DNA from: an uncultured Gemmatimonadales bacterium
GTDB taxonomy: Bacteria > Gemmatimonadota > Gemmatimonadetes > Gemmatimonadales > Gemmatimonadaceae
Assembly (NCBI GenBank): GCA_963793305.1
Contig: CAWBZV010000003.1
Span: 320,001 to 384,000, forward strand
DNA: 64,000 nt
Direction: 5' to 3'
Made by a program: the position numbers and the translations under genes
Shown: one piece after another, positions 31,874 through 40,753 of the stretch
Layout: every line of letters starts with the position of its first letter
Numbering within the stretch: the stretch's first letter is position 1
The notes under the pieces: generated by a model
Database searches by the model: none
What the model was told of the DNA's origin: nothing
Seen by the model: the letters and a program-made list of their open reading frames with translations, nothing else

Positions 31874-33249
31874 GACGCGTGCGCCGTGCATGGCTGGTCG
31901 TGGCTCTCTGTGCTGCGCCACTCGCCGCTCAGCAGCCCGCGGCATCACCCTATGCGGTGCTTGCCGGCGTTGTCGTCGACAGCATTCACGGCGGGCCGCT
32001 CGCTGGAGCGATCGTCGTCGTGTCAGGCACTGACCGCCAGGCAACCGTCGACACGGCCGGCCGATTCCAACTCGACAGCATTCCCCCTGGCGATCACGAG
32101 CTCGGCGTCTTTCACCCGCTGCTCGACTCGTTGAACGTCTCGGTCGCGAGCAAAAACGTTTCGCTGCCCGCCGGTCAGGTGACATCGGTCGTCATGGCCA
32201 CGCCTTCCGCGGCGACCGTGGTCGCGCTCTACTGCTCGGACGCTGAACGCCAGAGAGGCCCAGCGATGGTGATCGGGCGGGTGCTCGCCGCCGATATCGA
32301 CGCTCCGATCACCGATGCGACCGTTCGCTACACGTCGGTTTCGATTGAGATCGGCAAGACCATCGGATTCAAGCGCAACACGTTCACCCGTGAGGGGAAC
32401 GTGAAGGCGACCGGCGAGTTCGCCCTTTGCGGCCTGCCGGCGGCCAGCGGCGGGACCGTGCGCGCCACCCGCGGGCAGATCGCCACCGGAGAAATGGTCG
32501 CCGATGTGTCGAGGAGACTGTTGGCGATCGTGACGCTGCGTCTCGATACCCTGAAACGTGGGACCGCGGTCGTGACCGGACGCATCGTCGACGACAAGGG
32601 GACGCCGATCCCGCACGCTGACGTGGCGCTCGCGGGCTCGAGCATCAAGACGGTGACGGGCGATGGCGGGTCATTCGCCATGCGCGACCTCCCAGCGGGA
32701 TCGCAGACGATCCAGGTTCGGAAGGTGGGGTTTGTCGCGGTCGACACCGCGCTCATGCTATCGTCCCGGTCTCCCGTGCAGGTCGCGATGGCGCTGCACG
32801 CCGCAGCGGTGACGCTCAGCACCGTCAACGTCCAGGCCGAGCGGCTCGCCGCGCTCCAGCGGGTGGGGTTCGAGCGGCGCAGGAAGACCGGCATCGGGCA
32901 TTACCTGACCGCCGATGAGATTCGGCAGCGCGGCGAGGGTCGCCTTTCCGATGTCGCGCGCATGATTCCCGGGCTCGAGATCCGCTATACAGGGACCGGG
33001 CTGCCCGTGATCGTGCAGGGACGGGGCGCGTCCCGCACTCCGACGGGATGCGTCAACTACCTGCTCGACGGATACCCGTACCTGGACCGGCCCCCCGGCA
33101 CCATCGACGGCCTCGTGAGATCCGAGGACATCATCGGGTTGGAAGTGTACGGGCCATCGGAGGTGCCGGCCGATCTAACCGTGACTCAGGCCGGCACGTC
33201 GAGTTGCACGCTCGTGGTGATCTGGACCCGCGCCACGTCGAAGGATTAG
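31870..33249 (+). CDS. secreted carboxypeptidase-regulatory-like domain protein with plug-like C-terminus (tandem paralog)
   Basis: Same architecture as the upstream gene (DSIPPGDH, GRIVDDKG, GFERRR, YLLDG, GLEVY, VVIWT). Confidence 0.8.
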   Translation: MRRVRRAWLVVALCAAPLAAQQPAASPYAVLAGVVVDSIHGGPLAGAIVVVSGTDRQATVDTAGRFQLDSIPPGDHELGVFHPLLDSLNVSVASKNVSLPAGQVTSVVMATPSAATVVALYCSDAERQRGPAMVIGRVLAADIDAPITDATVRYTSVSIEIGKTIGFKRNTFTREGNVKATGEFALCGLPAASGGTVRATRGQIATGEMVADVSRRLLAIVTLRLDTLKRGTAVVTGRIVDDKGTPIPHADVALAGSSIKTVTGDGGSFAMRDLPAGSQTIQVRKVGFVAVDTALMLSSRSPVQVAMALHAAAVTLSTVNVQAERLAALQRVGFERRRKTGIGHYLTADEIRQRGEGRLSDVARMIPGLEIRYTGTGLPVIVQGRGASRTPTGCVNYLLDGYPYLDRPPGTIDGLVRSEDIIGLEVYGPSEVPADLTVTQAGTSSCTLVVIWTRATSKD

Positions 33250-34613
33250 GTCGCCAGTTTATTCGCGGCGTTCAGCGCGGCGACTTTATAGCACTCGGCT
33301 AGCGTGGGGTAATTGAAGACGGTCTCGAGGAAGTAATCGAGCCCGCCCCCTAGGCCGAGCACCGCCTGGCCGATGTGCAGAAGCTCCGTCGCGTTCGTGC
33401 CCATGATGTGCACGCCGAGCAGCCGCCGATCGGCTCTATGGAACAGCATTTTGAAGAACCCGCTGTCGTCGCCGAGTATCTGTCCACGCGCGATCTCGCG
33501 GTAGCGCGCAACGCCGACCTCATAGGGTACTTTTTGCTTGGTGAGCTCGTGCTCGGGCTGCCCGACCATGCTCACCTCGGGAATCGCGTAGATCCCGATG
33601 GGAAAGTGCGCGGACATGGGTCGCGCCGAGGCGCCGAGTGCATGGCATGCCGCGAGCCGCCCTTGCTCGCTCGACGTCGCGGCGAGGCTCGGATAGCCGA
33701 TCACGTCGCCCGCGGCGTAGATGTGCGGCACGCTCGTGCGGAACATGGGATCGACGGCGAGGCGGCCGCGGTCATCGGCTGTGAGGCCAGCCTTGTCGAG
33801 CGCGAGGTCAGACGTCGCGCCGAGGCGACCGACCGCGAAGAGGACCATGTCCGAGACGATGCGTTTGCCGGACTCGGTCATGACGGCAACCTTCGGCGTG
33901 ACGCCATCGACTTTCTCGATGCGATCGACGCCTTCGTTCGGCCGGTACTGCACGTTGACCTTGCGGAGCTGGTGCAGCAGCTCGTCGACGATCTCGTGAT
34001 CCAGAAACTCGAGCGGCCGGTCGCGCCGATCGATGAGCGTGACGTTGACGCCGAGCGCGGCGAACATCGAGGCGTACTCGACGCCGATCACTCCGGCGCC
34101 GACGACGGTCAGCGACATCGGCAGCCGCTTCATCCCGCCGATATCGTCGCTGGTCATAACCGTCTCGCCGTCGGTCGCGGCGCCCGGCGGCGGCGCGGGC
34201 GTTGTCCCGGTCGCGATCAGCACGTGCTCGGCCTCGATCTGCTGCGTCCCGTTCGAGCCTTGCACGACGACCGTGTGCGGATCGATGAACGACGCTTTGC
34301 CCTGCACGATGTCGATGCCGTTTCGGGCCAGTTGGTTGGTGATGACGCTTTCTTCGCGGTCGATGACCTGTCCGACGCGGGCCAGGAGGTCGGTGGCCGA
34401 GGGCCGGGCTGATGCGCGCGGCGTGCCCTGGGTCGCGATAAATGTGCGGATGGCTTCCCGGAACGTCTTGCTCGGTATCGTGCCGGTGCCCGTGCAGACG
34501 CCACCGACGGCGCCGCGTTCGACGATGATCGCGCGGCGGCCGAGCTTGGCGGCTTGCACGGCGCCGCGCTGACCGGCCGGGCCGCTGCCGATGCACAACA
34601 GGTCATATCGCAT
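33246..34613 (-). CDS. sthA: soluble (Si-specific) pyridine nucleotide transhydrogenase
   Basis: IGSGPAGQ, GGVCTGTGTIPSKT (single Cys), GAGVIGVEYAS, FNYPTLAECYKVAAL. Confidence 0.93.
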   Translation of the reverse strand: MRYDLLCIGSGPAGQRGAVQAAKLGRRAIIVERGAVGGVCTGTGTIPSKTFREAIRTFIATQGTPRASARPSATDLLARVGQVIDREESVITNQLARNGIDIVQGKASFIDPHTVVVQGSNGTQQIEAEHVLIATGTTPAPPPGAATDGETVMTSDDIGGMKRLPMSLTVVGAGVIGVEYASMFAALGVNVTLIDRRDRPLEFLDHEIVDELLHQLRKVNVQYRPNEGVDRIEKVDGVTPKVAVMTESGKRIVSDMVLFAVGRLGATSDLALDKAGLTADDRGRLAVDPMFRTSVPHIYAAGDVIGYPSLAATSSEQGRLAACHALGASARPMSAHFPIGIYAIPEVSMVGQPEHELTKQKVPYEVGVARYREIARGQILGDDSGFFKMLFHRADRRLLGVHIMGTNATELLHIGQAVLGLGGGLDYFLETVFNYPTLAECYKVAALNAANKLAT

Positions 34614-34681
34614 ATGTCAGGTAGTATTGTCGCGGCGGATCACGCCGCTGTCACGGGGCATCGCGAGTTATTTTCCGGCCT

Positions 34682-35566
34682 ATGCGTATCGGTTTCATAG
34701 GACTCGGCCGCATGGGCGTCGGCATGGCCGGCCGCCTGGTGGATGCGGGGCACACCCTCGCCGTTTATAACCGGACCGCCCAGCGCGGAGAAAAATTGCG
34801 CGAGCGGGGCGCTGTCCTGGCCGAAACGCCGGAGGCGGCGGCCCGGGGCGCCGAGGTCGTGGTCACGATGCTGGCCGACGACCCGGCCGTAGAACATGTG
34901 GTATTCGCGGCCGACGGCATTCTCGCCGCGATGGACAACAATGCCGTGCACGTCTCCGCGAGCACGATCAGCGTCTCGCTCGCCCGCCGGCTGATGGCGG
35001 CCCATGCCCGTGCCGGCCAACGCTACGTCTCGGCGCCGGTGTTCGGGCGCCCGGACGCCGCAGCCGCGGGTCGCTTGTTCGTGGTCGCCGGTGGCCCGGA
35101 CGACGTTCTTGCGTACCTACAGCCGCTCTTCGACGCGATCGGCCAGCGGACGTATCGCATGGGCGCAGACCCGAGCAACGCGAATCTCGTGAAGCTCTCG
35201 GGCAATTTCATGTTGTTCGCGGCGATCGAGGCGTTGGCCGAGGCGTTTGCGCTGGTCCGGAAAGCGGGCGTGGATGTCGCGGCCTTCAAGGATCTATTGA
35301 CGTCGTCATTGTTCAACGCGCCGGTCTATCACACGTACGGCGACTTGCTGGTCTCGGCAAATGACCAGAACCCGGGCTTCACCGTACCCCTGGCGCTCAA
35401 GGATGTGCGTCTCGCGATCGCGGCGGCCGAGTCGTTGCGGGTGCCGATGCCGGTCGCGAGTCTCGTGCACGATGCATTCGTGACGGCGATGGCCCGCGGC
35501 TACGAGAATCGCGATCAAGCGGTGCTGGGTCGCGTCGCCGCGGAGAACGCCGGCGTCACAGTCTGA
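34682..35566 (+). CDS. NAD(P)-dependent beta-hydroxyacid dehydrogenase family oxidoreductase
   Basis: IGFIGLGRMG, SAPVFGRP, KLSGN, LALKD. Confidence 0.9.
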   Translation: MRIGFIGLGRMGVGMAGRLVDAGHTLAVYNRTAQRGEKLRERGAVLAETPEAAARGAEVVVTMLADDPAVEHVVFAADGILAAMDNNAVHVSASTISVSLARRLMAAHARAGQRYVSAPVFGRPDAAAAGRLFVVAGGPDDVLAYLQPLFDAIGQRTYRMGADPSNANLVKLSGNFMLFAAIEALAEAFALVRKAGVDVAAFKDLLTSSLFNAPVYHTYGDLLVSANDQNPGFTVPLALKDVRLAIAAAESLRVPMPVASLVHDAFVTAMARGYENRDQAVLGRVAAENAGVTV

Positions 35567-36556
35567 ATGGCGATGCGATATATCGCCTTCTCGGAGCCGG
35601 GGCCGCCGGACGTGCTGGAGCTCGCGACTGGGCCCGTTCCCGCGTTTGGCGACAACAACGTCTTGATCGAGGTGGCGGCGGCGGGCGTCAACCGCCCGGA
35701 TGTCTTCCAGCGGCTGGGGAAGTATCCGCCGCCCCCGGGTGCGTCGCCGATCCTGGGACTCGAGGTTGCCGGTCGAGTCGCCGAGGTTGGGCGCGATGTC
35801 GGGCAATGGAAGGTCGGCGACACGGTCTGCGCGCTCGTGGCGGGCGGAGGGTACGCCGAGTATTGCGTGGCGCCTGCTGTACAGTGTTTACCGGTGCCGC
35901 GTGGTCTCTCGCTCATACAAGCGGCCGCGATCCCCGAGACGTTCTTCACCGTCTGGACGAACGTGTTCCAGCGGGGGCGGCTCACGATGGGCGAGACGTG
36001 CCTAATTCACGGTGGTACGAGTGGCATTGGGACGACGGCCATTCAGCTCGCGACCGCCATCGGCGCGCGGGTGTTCGCGACGGTCGGATCCGAGGAGAAG
36101 CGCGCGGCAGCGGAGTCGCTCGGCGCCGAGATGGCGATTAACTACCAGCGCGCCGACTTTGTCGCCGAGGTCATGCGGGCAACGGCCGGTCGTGGGGTCG
36201 ATGTGATTCTCGACATGGTCGGCGGTCCGTATGTGGCTCGCAACTTTCAGGCCTTGGCGATCGGTGGCCGACTCGTGCAGATATCGTTTCTGCAGGGCAG
36301 TCGCGTTGATCTCGACTTGCATCCGATCATGGCCAAGCGGCTGACGTTCACGGGTTCGACTCTTCGCCCGCGGTCGGTCGAGGAGAAGGGTGCACTCGCG
36401 CGGGAAGTGCACGAGCACGTGTGGCCGCTGCTCGAATCGGGGCGTGTGCGCCCGATCATCGATCAGACTTTCCCGTTGGCGGAGGCGGTCGCGGCGCACC
36501 GGCGGATCGAATCCGCGGAGCACATTGGAAAGGTCGTGCTGACTGTCAGCCGGTAG
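35567..36556 (+). CDS. NAD(P)H-quinone oxidoreductase, PIG3 family
   Basis: GVNRPD, GLEVAG, PETFFTVW, HGGTSGIG, HIGKVVL. Confidence 0.92.
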   Translation: MAMRYIAFSEPGPPDVLELATGPVPAFGDNNVLIEVAAAGVNRPDVFQRLGKYPPPPGASPILGLEVAGRVAEVGRDVGQWKVGDTVCALVAGGGYAEYCVAPAVQCLPVPRGLSLIQAAAIPETFFTVWTNVFQRGRLTMGETCLIHGGTSGIGTTAIQLATAIGARVFATVGSEEKRAAAESLGAEMAINYQRADFVAEVMRATAGRGVDVILDMVGGPYVARNFQALAIGGRLVQISFLQGSRVDLDLHPIMAKRLTFTGSTLRPRSVEEKGALAREVHEHVWPLLESGRVRPIIDQTFPLAEAVAAHRRIESAEHIGKVVLTVSR

Positions 36557-36578
36557 CTTTTCCGCCGATATTACGGCC

Positions 36579-37496
36579 GTGGCTCCCGTAACTGCTCTCG
36601 CGTCGATCGACGGCCTGATGTCTGGGCTCATCGACTACGCCGGTTTGTTCCCGCCGGCGGGGCTCGACATGGCGACCGCCGTTCGGAACTACGCCAACTA
36701 TGCGGGCGACGGGCAGCGGCGAATGCTCGGGACGTTCATTGTGCCGGCCCCGCGACTCGAGGAGTTCGAGGAGGCCGCCGCGCCACATTTGGGGCGCGGC
36801 GGTCCGCGGTGGCACTTAAGCGTGCTGGCGGGGGCGGAGGACATGGAGGCCAGCATGTCGCGAGTGGCGGACTTCAATCGCCGGCATCGCCCGGGTCGCG
36901 GCACTGGTCGAGCCTCGATCGACGTGATCGAGGCGAAGGCCTCGACCCCCGGCGAGGTCTCGGCGTTCGCGAGCAAGCGACCGCCGGATGTCGCGTTGAC
37001 CTTCGAGATCCCGACCGCCGCGGATCCATCGCCGCTCATCGGCGAGATCTCGCGGGCTGGGGGTCGGGCGAAGATTCGCACCGGTGGGGTCGTGGCGGAT
37101 GCCATTCCGGGAGTGGCCGAGGTCGTGCGATTTCTGCGCGCGTGCGCGCGCGGGGCGGTTGCGTTCAAGGCGACGGCGGGATTGCATCACGCGGTTCGCG
37201 GCCCCTATCGGTTGACGTACGCGCCCGACAGTCCTACGGCTGTCATGCATGGATTCTTGAATGTGTTCTGCACGGCTGCTTTTGTTCGAACCGGCATCCC
37301 CGCGACGGACGCGGTCGCAATGATGGAGGAGACCGCCGCCGAGGCGTTTCAGTTCGACGGCGGGGGCGTGACCTGGCGGAATCGGCGCATCACGACGCCG
37401 GCGATCACGGCCGCGCGCGCGAACTATTCGCTCTCGTTCGGTTCGTGCTCGTTCAATGAGCCGGTCGACGAGTTGCGCGCATTGCACTTGATCTGA
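36579..37496 (+). CDS. conserved hypothetical enzyme-like protein
   Basis: GLIDYAGLFPPA, KIRTGG, FKATAGLHH, GFLNV, FGSCSFNEP motifs; upstream of fahA. Confidence 0.75.
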   Translation: MAPVTALASIDGLMSGLIDYAGLFPPAGLDMATAVRNYANYAGDGQRRMLGTFIVPAPRLEEFEEAAAPHLGRGGPRWHLSVLAGAEDMEASMSRVADFNRRHRPGRGTGRASIDVIEAKASTPGEVSAFASKRPPDVALTFEIPTAADPSPLIGEISRAGGRAKIRTGGVVADAIPGVAEVVRFLRACARGAVAFKATAGLHHAVRGPYRLTYAPDSPTAVMHGFLNVFCTAAFVRTGIPATDAVAMMEETAAEAFQFDGGGVTWRNRRITTPAITAARANYSLSFGSCSFNEPVDELRALHLI

Positions 37497-37610
37497 ATGT
37501 CTGACGTGCCGATCTCGTCTGAAATGCCGGTGCCGTCTGACGGGCAGTGCCGCCTGACATGCCCGGTGCCGTCTGACATGCCCGATGCCGTCTGACACGT
37601 CGATGCCGTC
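37497..37610 (+). repeat. degenerate tandem repeat, about 18-bp unit, about 6 copies
   Basis: G(T/C)CTGA cores at 37499, 37517, 37535, 37552, 37571, 37590; consensus near RTGCCGTCTGACATGCCG. Confidence 0.85.
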
Positions 37611-38850
37611 CTGGGTCGAATCCGCAGAATCGCCGGACACGGACTTCCCGCTGAGTAATTTGCCGTTCGGTGTGCTCGCCGACGGCCGCGTGGTCGTAGC
37701 GATAGGCGACCAGGTTCTCGATCTCAGCGCCGCCCACGCCGTCGGTCTTCTCGCGAGTCCCATCGCTTCGTTGCACGCATTGATGTCACAGGGCCCAAGG
37801 GCGTGGCGCTCGTTACGCTCACGCGTGACCGCGCTGCTGTCAGCGGACACGCCAGAGGGAGGGCGCGCGCGAAGCGCCGCCGAGAAGTTGCTCTCGCCGA
37901 TGGCGTCCGCCGACCTCGCTCTCCCGGCAGTCGGCGACTACACGGATTTCTACGCGTCGGTGCATCACGCGACGAACGTCGGCCGCCTATTCCGCCCGGA
38001 CAACCCGCTCCTCCCGAACTACAAGCACGTACCGATCGGCTACCACGGCCGTGCATCATCGCTGGTTCCCAGCGGCACCCCGATTCGTCGCCCTCGCGGC
38101 CAGAGCAAGCTGCCCGATGCCGACGCCCCTGTCTTTGGCCCGACACGCTCACTCGACTACGAGGCCGAGATCGGTTTTTTCGTCGGCCCGGGCAACGCGC
38201 TCGGAGTTCCGATTCCGATCGCCGAGGCCGAGGATCACATCTTCGGATTCTGCCTGGTGAACGACTGGTCGGCGCGCGACATCCAGTCATGGGAGTATCA
38301 GCCACTCGGGCCATTTCTCGGAAAGAGCTTCGCCACGACTCTCTCACCGTGGATCATATCGCTGGACGCGCTCGCCCCATTTCGCGTCCCAGTATCCCCG
38401 CGGCCCGCGGGCGATCCATCGCCTCTGCCATATCTCGATCTCGAGTCTCGCGCCGACACGTTGGATCTGTGGATCGAGGTCTATCTAACGACTGAGCGCA
38501 TGCGCGAGTCGGGCTCCGCTCCCTATCGCCTCAGTCGCGGCAACTTTCGCGATCTCTACTGGACCGCGGCCCAGATGCTCACGCATCACGCGAGCAACGG
38601 CTGCAATCTGCGCCCGGGCGATCTCCTCGCCAGCGGCACGATCTCGGGCGCCACGCCGGATTCGTTGGGCTGCCTCTTGGAGCTGACCCGCCGCGGTGCC
38701 GCTCCGCTCACTCTCCCCACGGGTGAGTCCCGCTCGTTCCTAGCGGATGGCGACGAGATCGTGCTGCGCGCTTTCTGCGAGCGGCCGGGCTTTCACCGCA
38801 TCGGCTTCGGCCGGTGCAGCGGCATTATTTTGCCGGCGGTAAGTAGCTGA
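37585..38850 (+). CDS. fahA: fumarylacetoacetase
   Basis: NLPFG, GDYTDFYAS, YHGRASS, LDYEAE, NDWSARDIQ.WEYQPLGPF, SGTISG. Confidence 0.95.
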   Translation: MPSDTSMPSWVESAESPDTDFPLSNLPFGVLADGRVVVAIGDQVLDLSAAHAVGLLASPIASLHALMSQGPRAWRSLRSRVTALLSADTPEGGRARSAAEKLLSPMASADLALPAVGDYTDFYASVHHATNVGRLFRPDNPLLPNYKHVPIGYHGRASSLVPSGTPIRRPRGQSKLPDADAPVFGPTRSLDYEAEIGFFVGPGNALGVPIPIAEAEDHIFGFCLVNDWSARDIQSWEYQPLGPFLGKSFATTLSPWIISLDALAPFRVPVSPRPAGDPSPLPYLDLESRADTLDLWIEVYLTTERMRESGSAPYRLSRGNFRDLYWTAAQMLTHHASNGCNLRPGDLLASGTISGATPDSLGCLLELTRRGAAPLTLPTGESRSFLADGDEIVLRAFCERPGFHRIGFGRCSGIILPAVSS

Positions 38851-38883
38851 CGATCGACTGACGGCACGCGCTATCGATCGTGC

Positions 38884-39298
38884 GTGCGCCACGTAGAGAT
38901 CCTCGCCGAAGTGCCTGATGACGTGTGTCGACTGCTTCGCATCGACACGAACGTCTCGCGTGGTGATGATAAATCCGGCGACCGTGTCCCATATATTCGC
39001 GCAACGATCATTTCGGGACGCTGCGATAATTGTTGGGCTTCTCGCACGGCAAGAGTTGAATCCGGTGATTTGTGGACGAGACCAGGTATACCCTCGCTCG
39101 TTCTTCATCATGGAGTTGCCATTCGTGGGTGCACGCGAGTGGGTCAGGATCATTCTGAAGCGCGTCTCTGCAGCAACAAGCGCGAGCAAGCACGATGAGA
39201 TCTGGGTAGTGACTGCGCACCTCGTGGGAAATTCCACGTTGTTTCAGATGTTGAAGAGCAGTAGGTTCGTCATGCACAGAACGACGAGGGGCCGCTGA
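38884..39298 (+). CDS. small hypothetical protein, possibly a BECR/PBECR-fold nuclease, +1 frameshift near 38950
   Basis: Joining ORFs 38884 and 38918 gives about 137 aa (MRHVEILAEVPDDVCRLLRIDTTSRVVMINPATVSHIF...RIILKRV...DEIWVVTAH); more A/T-ending codons than neighbours. Confidence 0.45.
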
Positions 39299-39345
39299 GG
39301 GCGGCAAGCACTCCGCCAGACGTATCTGAAGTTGGGTCTATAACC

Positions 39346-39474
39346 AATGCCGGGACATGCGTGTCCGGCCAGTAGGCAACTACTGAGGGCAGAAAATCGC
39401 GCTATGCCAGGGGACCCCTAGAGATCGGGACACAAATGCCGGGATACAGTGCGACCGGCCAGCGGTCACTCGCT
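39346..39474 (+). repeat. two copies of a hairpin module AATGCCGGGA-N9/10-CCGGCCAG plus a second stem-loop
   Basis: Copies start at 39346 and 39435; second stems are CAGTAG-GCAA-CTACTG and AGCG-GTCACT-CGCT. Confidence 0.6.
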
Positions 39475-39479
39475 AACAC

Positions 39480-39514
39480 ACGAAGGCCCGGGCAATGTCA
39501 GCCCGGGCCTTCGT
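39480..39514. terminator. 14-bp perfect stem-loop between convergent units, probable terminator
   Basis: ACGAAGGCCCGGGC-AATGTCA-GCCCGGGCCTTCGT, 12 bp after the SRPBCC stop; U-tracts are weak. Confidence 0.7.
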
Positions 39515-39526
39515 CCATCTCACGAG

Positions 39527-39973
39527 TTACTTCGACGCCCGCGCTTTGGCCCGCGTCGCAAGCATGTCCGTGATCTTCGTCCACCCCGCCGTGTGACGCT
39601 CCACCTTATCCTCCGCCAACCCAACATGCGTCAACACGAGCTCACACCGTGACGCCCCACGCGGCGTCAGCTCGATGGTCACGACCGACGGCCGATTGTC
39701 AGTGTGCTTGGATATCCACGTAAACTTGAGCAGCCGCGGCCGATCAATGGCGAGATACTCGCCCGTGTGCCTGTGTACGTCGCCCACTCCGATCATATCG
39801 ATGCGAAACTTGCCGCCGACTCTCGCGTCGACCTCAACGTCAACGCGCTGCACGTCACCGGGCTTCATGAACTCCATGAGACTCATGGGATCTGTCCACG
39901 CATCGAACACTTCTTCACAGCTCGCGTCCATCTGCTTTCTCACAACGAGCGATCCCGATTGCAACTGATCCAT
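39527..39973 (-). CDS. SRPBCC (AHSA1/CalC) domain protein
   Basis: EEVFDAWTDP, DARVGGKFRI, GEYLAIDRPRLLKFTW, HTAGW. Confidence 0.88.
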   Translation of the reverse strand: MDQLQSGSLVVRKQMDASCEEVFDAWTDPMSLMEFMKPGDVQRVDVEVDARVGGKFRIDMIGVGDVHRHTGEYLAIDRPRLLKFTWISKHTDNRPSVVTIELTPRGASRCELVLTHVGLAEDKVERHTAGWTKITDMLATRAKARASK

Positions 39974-40015
39974 CGGTGCAGTGCCTCGCGGTGTTGATGT
40001 AGTTATTGGGTTGCG

Positions 40016-40357
40016 TTAGCGATGCCGCTTGCGCTTCTCGATGATATGCCGCTCGAGCGCCGCCAGCCGGTCTTCCCAATATCGTCGGTACTGATCGACG
40101 AAACTCTGTACGCCTCGCATAGGCTCCGGTGTCAGCGCGATGTGATGCTCGCGCCCCAGAATGGTCCGTCGAACGAGCCCTGCCCGCTCCAGCACACGCA
40201 CGTGCTTGGACACCGCATTGAGGGACACATCGAACGGCTCCGCGAGCTCCGTCACGGTGGCGTCCCCCCGCTGCAGCCGCGCGAGCAATGCTCGCCGCGT
40301 CGGATCTCCCAGCGCGGCGAACACACGGCTCAAACTTTCATCTGCATAATCAACCAT
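40016..40357 (-). CDS. ArsR/SmtB family transcriptional regulator
   Basis: ATG at 40357; FAALGDPTRR, VTELAEPF, VSKHVRVLERAGLV; paired with SRPBCC. Confidence 0.92.
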   Translation of the reverse strand: MVDYADESLSRVFAALGDPTRRALLARLQRGDATVTELAEPFDVSLNAVSKHVRVLERAGLVRRTILGREHHIALTPEPMRGVQSFVDQYRRYWEDRLAALERHIIEKRKRHR

Positions 40358-40365
40358 ACGGTTTA
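40350..40365. promoter_or_regulatory. probable ArsR autoregulatory operator
   Basis: TCAACC-ATAC-GGTTTA imperfect palindrome centred on the ArsR start codon. Confidence 0.55.
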
Positions 40366-40426
40366 ATATTGAGTTCCGGGTCGCCCCACGGTCAACTGTT
40401 GGAATATCCAGAGTATCTTTTGGCCC

Positions 40427-40753
40427 ATGGCGCACCTGCGACTGGATGATGTCATGCGCACGCTCCCGAAGCCGAGCGAGGAGCAGTGGGTTGTCCCATT
40501 CGAACACGGCACGCTCCAGGTCGGGCTCTACGCGCCGCGCGGCCGGGATGACCAGACACCACACACACGCGACGAGGTCTACGTCGTCATGCGCGGCACG
40601 GGAACGTTCGTGAACGGCGCCGAGCATTCCCGGTTCGCACTGGGCGATGTCCTGTTCGTTCCAGCGCATCGCGAACACCGCTTCGAGGCGATGAGCGACG
40701 ATTTCGCGGCGTGGGTTTTCTTTTACGGCCCCGAGGGCGGCGAACGCGCGTGA
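40427..40753 (+). CDS. cupin domain protein
   Basis: PHTRDEVY, GDVLFVPAHREHRF metal-binding motifs. Confidence 0.88.
   Translation: MAHLRLDDVMRTLPKPSEEQWVVPFEHGTLQVGLYAPRGRDDQTPHTRDEVYVVMRGTGTFVNGAEHSRFALGDVLFVPAHREHRFEAMSDDFAAWVFFYGPEGGERA

Noticed and set aside
37530..37600. Similarity of GCCGTCTGAC to the Neisseria DNA uptake sequence GCCGTCTGAA
   Set aside because: One mismatch, confined to one minisatellite, and not seen dispersed across the window
37497..37610. Possible CRISPR array
   Set aside because: Units of about 18 bp with no unique spacers, and no cas genes; the 43.8-44.3 kb repeats are also explained by duplication
39340..39480. Self-cleaving ribozyme or group II intron remnant
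   Set aside because: I could not match the conserved cores of hammerhead, twister, HDV-like ribozymes or domain V by eye; kept only as an unassigned structured region
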